DNA of 64,000 nucleotides from Giardia intestinalis (Eukaryota): NCBI GenBank assembly GCA_000002435.2, contig CM018792.1; one strand, 5' to 3'. Shown piece by piece: positions 56,025 to 64,000 of this stretch (position 1 is its first letter; each line of letters starts with the position of its first letter). The notes under the pieces were generated by a model. It saw only the letters and a program-made list of their open reading frames with translations, ran no database searches and was not told where the DNA came from. The position numbers and the translations under genes were made by a program.

Positions 56025-57986
56025 TCACGCCTTCCCTCTACACACGAACCACCAGCAGAGGAAGCCGACGAGGCCCCCCACGACGGCGACCACAGCCACG
56101 GAGATCCCCGCGATGGCCCCCGCGGAGAGCCCGCTCCTGTTGGCGCCAGAGGACACGCACCTGCCACCCTCTAGTCTGTACCCATCACTGCACTGGCCGC
56201 ACTTGTTCTCCTCGCTGCACCTGACGCACCCGTCGATACTGCAGGCGATGCACTGGGAGCCGTCCAGGCTGGGCCTCTGGTCTTTACTGGTACAGCCCTC
56301 GCACTTATCGCCTGCTCCACAGTGCGAACATCCACTAACGGTACATGCGAAGCACCCGCTCCCAGCCAGGTTGGGCTTGTTGTTGCCGCTACACGCTGTG
56401 CACGTGGCGGGGGCCATGCCAGGAGCCTCTAGCTGTGTCGGGGCTGTACATGCTGAGCAGCCATCTACTCCCACATATGCCTTAGCAGTATCACCAGTGC
56501 CTGTCAGTGTGCCTAGGGGGTTGCTACAAGCCAACACAGACTGATCAGTGTTGGATGCACCAGGCACTACGAAGTACCTATTGTTGGCTGCTTCTGTGCA
56601 GATCCCAGTATTACCTGCTGTCTTGCACATGAAGCTACCAGGAGCCTTCTGAGTGCTATAACAGCCACCCATGTATAGGAAGTAGTTGTTGGTGCACTGT
56701 GTACATACACCATTAGCACAAGTATTCCCAGCCTTTTGAGCCTCACTAGCACAGAGACCATCTATAGGAGCTTGTGAACTATCTCCACAATAGGAACAGT
56801 AGTGCTTTGTGGTGCCCTGATCATCTATTACGATGGCATCACAAGAGCCAGCTGTCCCCCCACAAGCCGTGGGGTCCTCGCAGGTCTTCTCTGTGCATGT
56901 ATAGTTGTCTGAGGTTCCAGCGGGCTTCCTGTTAGGCTTGCACTTTGTGCACTTGAGAGGTCCTGTAGACTCCTTTGTGCACTCGGCACACCCATCGATG
57001 CCCCCCTGTGCATTATCACAAGCAACGCACTCACCAGTAGGACCATTGCCTTTCATGAAGAATCCAGGCTTGCATTTAGTGCACTTATCATTGCCAGCTT
57101 GAGTGCAGGTGGCACAGTTGGCACCACAGGCTTCACATGTAACCGTACCACCATTTCCACTATTGTAATATCCGTCGAGGCACTCCGAGCAGGTCGGCTT
57201 GGCTCCGTTCTTCTTACATGTTTTACACCCAGGCGTCCCTTTATTAGCTTCTAAACTTTCACTATCATCACTACACAATATGCACTTGGTGCTACCATCA
57301 TTTAGAAAGTGGGATCCGTCAACGTTACTTGTTGCGCACCCATTTGCATCGACACAGGTTGTCGTGCCATCGATGGCCGTCTTCACCATCTTCTGACCAC
57401 CGCAGTTAGTGCACTTCGGCTTCTTGGTAGTCGAATCAACCTCACACTGGGTACATGCTTGATCTATCGTGTTGCAAGGAAGGCACTTCCCCGACTCCGG
57501 GTCAGCATAAGTGTTTCCAGTGCATCCATTATTATTCACGCATGACTTGTCAGTCTTCAGGTACTTCCCCTCTGGACACGATGTGCAATGATTCGGACCA
57601 CTTCCATCGCAGGTCAGACAGGACTGATCACACTTCTCACATGCATCACCCTTCTTAATGTATCCATCTTGGCAGACAGTGCATGTGGCCGGTCCGCTAG
57701 TGCCCGTGTGGGAGCATTCTGAGCATCCAGCGACTCCCATGACCCCGTTTCTATCTATAGTATCGGAGCACAAGATGCACTCACTACCCTTCTCTGATGG
57801 TGTAACTGGGTTCTTGAACAGGCCGTTAGCTGTATTACAAGCAGTGCACAGTCCTCCCTCAGCCTTTGTGCATATCTCACTGCCAGGGTGTGCATCCTTG
57901 TTGTAGCACCCGCCCATGAAGAGGAGTCTCATACTATCACTATCACCCCCACACCACATAGCACTATCACTATCACTGTACAGCAT
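56025..57986 (-). CDS. VSP-like unit L (body e + tail 2); longest unit, true ATG, retains an upstream GGCY motif, no signal peptide
   Basis: ATG at 57984-57986. MLYSDSDSAMWCGGDSDSMRLLFMGGCYNKDAHPGSEICTKAEGGLCTACNTANG... The SDSDS stretches are translated TGATAGTGATAGT spacer repeats. Confidence 0.65.
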   Translation of the reverse strand: MLYSDSDSAMWCGGDSDSMRLLFMGGCYNKDAHPGSEICTKAEGGLCTACNTANGLFKNPVTPSEKGSECILCSDTIDRNGVMGVAGCSECSHTGTSGPATCTVCQDGYIKKGDACEKCDQSCLTCDGSGPNHCTSCPEGKYLKTDKSCVNNNGCTGNTYADPESGKCLPCNTIDQACTQCEVDSTTKKPKCTNCGGQKMVKTAIDGTTTCVDANGCATSNVDGSHFLNDGSTKCILCSDDSESLEANKGTPGCKTCKKNGAKPTCSECLDGYYNSGNGGTVTCEACGANCATCTQAGNDKCTKCKPGFFMKGNGPTGECVACDNAQGGIDGCAECTKESTGPLKCTKCKPNRKPAGTSDNYTCTEKTCEDPTACGGTAGSCDAIVIDDQGTTKHYCSYCGDSSQAPIDGLCASEAQKAGNTCANGVCTQCTNNYFLYMGGCYSTQKAPGSFMCKTAGNTGICTEAANNRYFVVPGASNTDQSVLACSNPLGTLTGTGDTAKAYVGVDGCSACTAPTQLEAPGMAPATCTACSGNNKPNLAGSGCFACTVSGCSHCGAGDKCEGCTSKDQRPSLDGSQCIACSIDGCVRCSEENKCGQCSDGYRLEGGRCVSSGANRSGLSAGAIAGISVAVVAVVGGLVGFLCWWFVCRGKA

Positions 57987-57998
57987 TCACTACCTAAG

Positions 57999-59667
57999 TC
58001 ACGCCTTCCCCCTGCACAGGAACCACCAGCAGAGGAAGCCCACGAGGCCCCCCACGACAGCGACCACAGCCACGGAGATCCCCGCGATGGCCCCCGTGCT
58101 GAGGCCGCTCCTATTACTGCCAGAGGACACACAGGAGGCCCCAGCATCATCAGGGCTGTACCCATCGTTGCACACACAGACAGAGTTATCATCAGTGGAG
58201 TTGCTGGGACAGCCATCCACGCATGACTTCCTCCCAGGGCTCACCTTCCCACTACTACATGCCTCGCACATGTCATCCCTGTTGGGCTTCTTACCACTGT
58301 CACAGGAGTACAGACAGCGGGGCCATACCACCATCAGATGGAGCTGCTGGGGCTGTACACTGGGAGCAGCCCTCTACCCCGACGTATGCCTTAGTATCTA
58401 CTAGTGTGCCTAATGGGTTGCCACAGGCCAGGACAGACTGATCAGTGTTGGATGCACCAGGGACTACGAAGTACTTATTATTCTCATTGGCAGCTGTACA
58501 CTTACCATCGGCTGCTGTCTTGCACATGAGGCTTCCTGGTTCTGTATCATACTTATAACACCCACCCATGTACAAGAAGTAGTTGTTAGTGCATTGTGTA
58601 CATACACCTTGATCACATTGATTATTTGCTTTAGCACTATTACACTTCCCATCTATAGGATACGTATTAGCTTCTCCACAGTATGAGCAATAATGATGCT
58701 CTACACCCTTATCATCAATCACTATTGCATCGCAGGCACCAGAGGTACCACCACAAGCCGTGGGGTCTTCACATGTCTTCACACATGTATAGTCATCCCC
58801 CGCATCTCCATTGGATTGCTTCCTGTAGTTAGGCTTACATTCAGTGCACTTGAACCCATTATTGTTAGAACATAGACTACAGCCTTCACGGCCACCATCT
58901 GTTGTACTGTCACAAGCAACGCACTCACCAGTAGAGCCGGGTTGTTTCATGAAGAATCCAGGCTTGCATTTAGTGCACTTATCATTGCCAGCTTGAGTGC
59001 AGGTGGCACAGTTGGCACCACAGGCTTCACATGTAACCGTACCACCATTTCCACTATTGTAATATCCGTCGAGGCACTCCGAGCAGGTCGGCTTGGCTCC
59101 GTTCTTCTTACATGTTTTACACCCAGGCGTCCCTTTATTAGCTTCTAAACTTTCACTATCATCACTACACAATATGCACTTGGTGCTACCATCATTTAGA
59201 AAGTGGGATCCGTCAACGTTACTTGTTGCGCACCCATTTGCATCGACACAGGTTGTCGTGCCATCGATGGCCGTCTTCACCATCTTCTGACCACCGCAGT
59301 TAGTGCACTTCGGCTTCTTGGTAGTCGAATCAACCTCACACTGGGTACATGCTTGATCTATCGTGTTGCAAGGAAGGCACTTCCCCGACTCCGGGTCAGC
59401 ATAAGTGTTTCCAGTGCATCCATTATTATTCACGCATGACTTGTCAGTCTTCAGGTACTTCCCCTCTGGACACGATGTGCAATGATTCGGACCACTTCCA
59501 TCGCAGGTCAGACAGGACGGATCACACTTCTCACATGCATCACCCTTCTTAATGTATCCATCTTGGCAGACAGTGCATGTGGCCGGTCCGCTAGTGCCCG
59601 TGTGGGAGCATTCTGAGCATCCAGCGACTCCCATGACCCCGTTTCTATCTATAGTATCGGAGCACAA
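57999..59667 (-). pseudogene. VSP-like unit M (body e-like, tail 3), frameshifted
   Basis: The body frame ends ...QCTAPAAPSDGGMAPLSVLL*. The tail (ORF 57999..58334, ...CDSGKKPNRDDMCEACSSGK...CRGKA) is in another frame. CAGGAGTACAGACAGCGGGGCC at about 58318-58340 is 2 nt shorter than the intact CAGGAGGTACACACAGCAGCAGCC of unit D. Confidence 0.6.
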
Positions 59668-59867
59668 GATGCACTCGCTACCCTTCTCTGATGGTGTAAC
59701 TGGGTTCTTGAACAGGCCGTTAGCTGTATTACAAGCAGTGCACAGTCCTCCCTCAGCCTTTGTACATATCTCACTCCACTATCATACTATCACACGCTAT
59801 CACCCATTATCACCCTCTATCACACATTATCACCCATTATCATCACTCATAGCATTCACTACCTAAG

Positions 59868-61648
59868 TCACGCCTTCCCTCTACACACGAACCACCAGCA
59901 GAGGAAGCCCACGAGGCCCCCCACGACAGCGACCACAGCCACGGAGATCCCCGCGATGGCCCCCGTGCTGAGGCCGCTCCTATTACTGCCAGAGGACACA
60001 CAGGAGGCCCCAGCATCATCAGGGCTGTACCCATCGTTGCACACACAGACAGAGTTATCATCAGTGGAGTTGCTGGGACAGCCATCCACGCATGACTTCC
60101 TCCCAGGGCTCACCTTCCCACTACTACATGCCTCGCACATGTCATCCCTGTTGGGCTTCTTACTACTGTCACAGGAGTACAGACAGCGGGGGCCATACCA
60201 CCATCAGACAGAGCTGCTGGGGCTGTACACTGGGAGCAGCCCTCTACCCCGACGTATGCCTTAGTATCTACTAGTGTGCCTAATGGGTTGCCACAGGCCA
60301 GGACAGACTGATCAGTGTTGGATGCACCAGGGACTACGAAGTACTTATTATTCTCATTGGCAGCTGTACACTTACCATCGGCTGCTGTCTTGCACATGAG
60401 GCTTCCTGGTTCTGTATCATACTTATAACACCCACCCATGTACAAGAAGTAGTTGTTAGTGCATTGTGTACATACACCTTGATCACATTGATTATTTGCT
60501 TTAGCACTATTACACTTCCCATCTATAGGATACGTATTAGCTTCTCCACAGTATGAGCAATAATGATGCTCTACACCCTTATCATCAATCACTATTGCAT
60601 CGCAGGCACCAGAGGTACCACCACAAGCCGTGGGGTCTTCACATGTCTTCACACATGTATAGTCATCCCCCGCATCTCCATTGGATTGCTTCCTGTAGTT
60701 AGGCTTACATTCAGTGCACTTGAACCCATTATTGTTAGAACATAGACTACAGCCTTCACGGCCACCATCTGTTGTACTGTCACAAGCAACGCACTCACCA
60801 GTAGAGCCGGGTTGTTTCATGAAGAATCCAGGCTTGCATTTAGTGCACTTATCATTGCCAGCTTGAGTGCAGGTGGCACAGTTGGCACCACAGGCTTCAC
60901 ATGTAACCGTACCACCATTTCCACTATTGTAATATCCGTCGAGGCACTCCGAGCAGGTCGGCTTGGCTCCGTTCTTCTTACATGTTTTACACCCAGGCGT
61001 CCCTTTATTAGCTTCTAAACTTTCACTATCATCACTACACAATATGCACTTGGTGCTACCATCATTTAGAAAGTGGGATCCGTCAACGTTACTTGTTGCG
61101 CACCCATTTGCATCGACACAGGTTGTCGTGCCATCGATGGCCGTCTTCACCATCTTCTGACCACCGCAGTTAGTGCACTTCGGCTTCTTGGTAGTCGAAT
61201 CAACCTCACACTGGGTACATGCTTGATCTATCGTGTTGCAAGGAAGGCACTTCCCCGACTCCGGGTCAGCATAAGTGTTTCCAGTGCATCCATTATTATT
61301 CACGCATGACTTGTCAGTCTTCAGGTACTTCCCCTCTGGACACGATGTACACTGATTCGGACCACTTCCATCGCAGGTCAGACAAGACTGATCACACTGC
61401 ATACATACCAGAGAGTCCTTGTAGTATCCATCTTGGCAGGTATCACACGTGGCAGCCCCTGGACTATTAGCTGGTGCCGTGCACTTGAGGCAATTAGCCA
61501 CTCCCTTGTTCTCATTCGCTCCCGTGGCATCATGGCACAGTATGCACTCCCCACCAGGGGTCACTGTCGTAGCCTTGTTCTGGAATATGTACTGGTTATC
61601 TACCTTACAAGCAGTGCACACTCCATCACTGGCTGCTGTGCATATCAC
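59868..61648 (-). pseudogene. VSP-like unit N (a-like start MICTAASDGVC, then e-like body, tail 3), frameshifted
   Basis: The body frame ends ...GGMAPAVCTPVTVVRSPTGMTCARHVVVGR*. The tail ORF 59868..60140 is in another frame. It shares the GAGTAC (instead of GAGGTAC) lesion with unit M and differs from M by one extra G in the G-run near 60188-60194. Confidence 0.6.
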
Positions 61649-61715
61649 ACTCCACTATCACACATTATCACACTATCACCTTCTATCACACATTGTACAG
61701 CATTCACTACCTAAG

Positions 61716-63548
61716 TCACGCCTTCCCCCTGCACACGAACCACCAGCAGAGGAAGCCCACGAGGCCCCCCACGACAGCGATGACAGCCACGGAGATCCCT
61801 GCTATGGCACCAGTACTGAGGCCGCTTCTGTTGCCCCCGCTGGGCTTGGTGGACACGCACGCCTCACCCTCCAGCCTGTAGTCGTCCCCACACTGGCCGC
61901 ACTTGTTCTCCTCGCTGCACCTGACGCACCCGTCGATACTGCAGGCGATGCACTGGGAGCCGTCCAGGCTGGGCCTCTGGTCTTTACTGGTACAGCCCTC
62001 GCACTTATCGCCTGCTCCACAGTGCGAACATCCACTAACGGTACATGCGAAGCACCCGCTCCCAGCCAGGTTGGGCTTGTTGTTGCCGCTACACGCTGTG
62101 CACGTGGCGGGGGCCATGCCAGGAGCCTCTAGCTGTGTCGGGGCTGTACATGCTGAGCAGCCATCTACTCCCACATATGCCTTAGCAGTATCACCAGTGC
62201 CTGTCAGTGTGCCTAGGGGGTTACTACAAGCCAACACAGACTGATCAGTGTTGGATGCACCAGGCACTACGAAGTACCTATTGTTGGCTGCTTCTGTGCA
62301 GATCCCAGTATTACCTGCTGTCTTGCACATGAAGCTACCAGGAGCCTTCTGAGTGCTATAACAGCCACCCATATATAAGAAATATCCTGTAGTACAAGAC
62401 TCACAGACATGGTTGTTACAAGTATTACTTTGAGCCTCACTAGCACAGAGACCATCTATAGGATACTTACTGCTATCCCCACAGTATGAACAGTAGTGCT
62501 TTGTGGTGCCCTGATCATCTATTATCATGGCATCGCAAGCTCCAGAGGTACCACCACAAGCTGTAGGATCCTCACAAGTCTTGGTACATGTGACAGAGCC
62601 AGGACTGCTATCGCTCTGCTTGCGATAGTTGGGCTTACAATCGGTGCACTTGAAAGTATTGCCATCATTCGAGCAGACACTGCATCCATCGATGCCACCT
62701 TTGGCTGTGTCACTACAAGGGACGCACTCCTTTGTTACACCCTCGGTTTTTAGGAAGTATCCCGGCATGCATTCAGTACATTTGTTAATGTCAGTTTCAG
62801 CAGTACACTTTGCACAGGTATCAGCGCATTTCTTCGTACAAGTATTAGTCTCAAGAAAACGACCCGATAGGCATTCAGAGCACGTTGTTTTGGTACCTGC
62901 CTCCTTGGTGCATTTGTTGCAATCGGCAACACCCTTGTTTGTATTCTCATTATTTCCACTAATATCACCACATAGATAACAGGCTGAGTCATCGTCTGCC
63001 TTGAAGTGATTCTCATCCACACATCCAGAGCTCATATCAACACAGGTTGTCGTTCCATCCAGCTCTGTCTTTACCTTCTTATTACCGCAGTCACTGCATA
63101 CCGGCTTCTGTAGCTTTGCATCGTACGTGCAAGCAGTGCACTCTGGTATGCCCCCCTGCTCTGCTGCACCGTTACAGGCTGTGCACTTGCCGGTGCTTGG
63201 GTCGGGGTACTGGTTATTATCGCAGGTTTTTGAGCACGACCCGTCTGACTTCAGATAGAAGCCCGCTTTACAAGATGAACACTGATTCTGACCGGCCCCG
63301 GTACATGTGGCACAGTTGTCATTACATTTGGTACATGCCTGAGAGTCCATGTAGTATCCATCTCTGCAGGTACTACACGTGGCAGGTCCTGTACTACTGT
63401 CTGACTTGGTACACTGTGCGCAGTTAGCCACCCCCGTATATCCATCTGCTCCATTGATATCGGAGCACAGTATGCACTCACTACCCTTCTCTGGTGTTGC
63501 AGCAGGGTTCTTGAACAGGCCGTTAGCTGTCTTACACTCAGTGCACAC
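61716..63548 (-). CDS. VSP-like unit O (b-like N-terminus, body from b and e modules, tail 2 variant)
   Basis: MCTECKTANG... (GTG). Tail ...[61 protein letters not shown]. Confidence 0.65.
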   Translation of the reverse strand: MCTECKTANGLFKNPAATPEKGSECILCSDINGADGYTGVANCAQCTKSDSSTGPATCSTCRDGYYMDSQACTKCNDNCATCTGAGQNQCSSCKAGFYLKSDGSCSKTCDNNQYPDPSTGKCTACNGAAEQGGIPECTACTYDAKLQKPVCSDCGNKKVKTELDGTTTCVDMSSGCVDENHFKADDDSACYLCGDISGNNENTNKGVADCNKCTKEAGTKTTCSECLSGRFLETNTCTKKCADTCAKCTAETDINKCTECMPGYFLKTEGVTKECVPCSDTAKGGIDGCSVCSNDGNTFKCTDCKPNYRKQSDSSPGSVTCTKTCEDPTACGGTSGACDAMIIDDQGTTKHYCSYCGDSSKYPIDGLCASEAQSNTCNNHVCESCTTGYFLYMGGCYSTQKAPGSFMCKTAGNTGICTEAANNRYFVVPGASNTDQSVLACSNPLGTLTGTGDTAKAYVGVDGCSACTAPTQLEAPGMAPATCTACSGNNKPNLAGSGCFACTVSGCSHCGAGDKCEGCTSKDQRPSLDGSQCIACSIDGCVRCSEENKCGQCGDDYRLEGEACVSTKPSGGNRSGLSTGAIAGISVAVIAVVGGLVGFLCWWFVCRGKA

Positions 63549-63670
63549 TCCTCCCTCAGCCTTTGTACATATCTCACTCCACTATCATACTATCACACAC
63601 TATCACCCATTATCACCCTCTATCACACATTATCACCCATTATCATCACTCATAGCATTCACTACCTAAG

Positions 63671-64000
63671 TCACGCCTTCCCTCTACACACGAACCACCA
63701 GCAGAGGAAGCCCACGAGGCCCCCCACGACAGCGACCACAGCCACGGAGATCCCCGCGATGGCCCCCGCGGAGAGCCCGCTCCTGTTGGCGCCAGAGGAC
63801 ACACACTTACCATTGTCTAGACTGAAGCCACTGTTGCACTCCCCACACACACCGTCCACCACACAGCTCTTGCAGTTGGTGTCAGAGCATACTACACACC
63901 CACTGCCATCCTTGTTGGGCTTTTTATCACTGTCACAGGAGGTGCACACAGCGGGGGTCATACCACCATCAGACAGACCTGCTGGGGCTGTACATGCTGA
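63671..64000 (-). CDS. VSP-like unit P, 3' part only (tail 1 type); the remainder lies beyond the window end
   Basis: ...[50 protein letters not shown]...CRGKA*. The frame stays open to position 64000. Confidence 0.6.
   Translation of the reverse strand, partial: SACTAPAGLSDGGMTPAVCTSCDSDKKPNKDGSGCVVCSDTNCKSCVVDGVCGECNSGFSLDNGKCVSSGANRSGLSAGAIAGISVAVVAVVGGLVGFLCWWFVCRGKA

Larger units (their letters stand above)
35444..64000 (-). repeat. head-to-tail tandem array of at least 16 VSP-like cysteine-rich units (1.7-2.0 kb each), continuing beyond the window end
   Basis: Every unit ends in the VSP hallmark ...NRSGLS(A/T)[31 protein letters not shown] followed by an AGTRAAY motif. Units are separated by spacers of TATCAC/TGATA repeats. 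All are on the minus strand. Confidence 0.9.

Noticed and set aside
35283-63669. Many long plus-strand ORFs inside the VSP array (for example 42658..43482, 46421..47245, 50184..51008 and 55720..56544, each 274 aa; also the 126-aa, 116-aa and 155-aa series) with Pro/Thr/His-rich translations.
   Set aside because: They are antisense to the VSP-like units and span unit junctions. Cys codons (TGC/TGT) and Gly/Thr codons have stop-free reverse complements, so Cys-rich genes always generate open antisense frames. Their perfect periodic recurrence simply mirrors the repeat.
35444-64000. Possibility that the periodic array is a CRISPR array, a satellite or a transposon cluster.
   Set aside because: Repeat units are 1.7-2.0 kb protein-coding VSP-like sequences, not 25-50 bp direct repeats with unique spacers. 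No terminal inverted repeats, target-site duplications, transposase or reverse-transcriptase ORFs were seen. The whole window is eukaryotic (Giardia-type) DNA.

Overview
The window reads as diplomonad (Giardia-type) nuclear DNA. Genes are intronless and tightly packed, with AT-rich initiator sequences directly abutting ATG codons (a recurring TTTTAAAAATG) and AGTRAAY motifs a few nt after stop codons. There are 21.1-type ankyrin-repeat proteins, high-cysteine membrane proteins (HCMPs) and VSP-type cysteine-rich proteins ending in CRGKA.

Positions 1-29,000 carry ordinary cellular genes: a polytopic membrane protein; a CPAP/SAS-4 (TCP10 G-box) centriolar protein; two iron-containing alcohol-dehydrogenase-like genes flanking an HCMP; an EF-hand-like gene; two large and one C-terminal-RING ankyrin-repeat proteins; a Trm112 homolog divergently paired with a canonical poly(A) polymerase; an adenylate-kinase-family gene; an HSP20-like gene; a phospholipase-B-like secreted protein; one tRNA-Arg(UCG); and several hypothetical ORFs.

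Positions 29,500-34,800 hold two further HCMP genes with signal peptides.

Positions 35,444-64,000 (continuing past the window end) form one uninterrupted head-to-tail minus-strand array of at least 16 VSP-like units of 1.7-2.0 kb. Each ends ...[31 protein letters not shown] followed by AGTGAAT or AGTAAAC. No unit has an N-terminal signal peptide, and only three have an in-frame ATG at the conserved unit start. Units are separated by short spacers of degenerate TATCAC/TGATA repeats, with modal length 122 bp.

The units are mosaics of a few body modules and three C-terminal modules. Three copies are identical, and three are frameshifted.

The ORF track labels GTG and TTG codons as M. Several starts were therefore re-anchored to the first true ATG.
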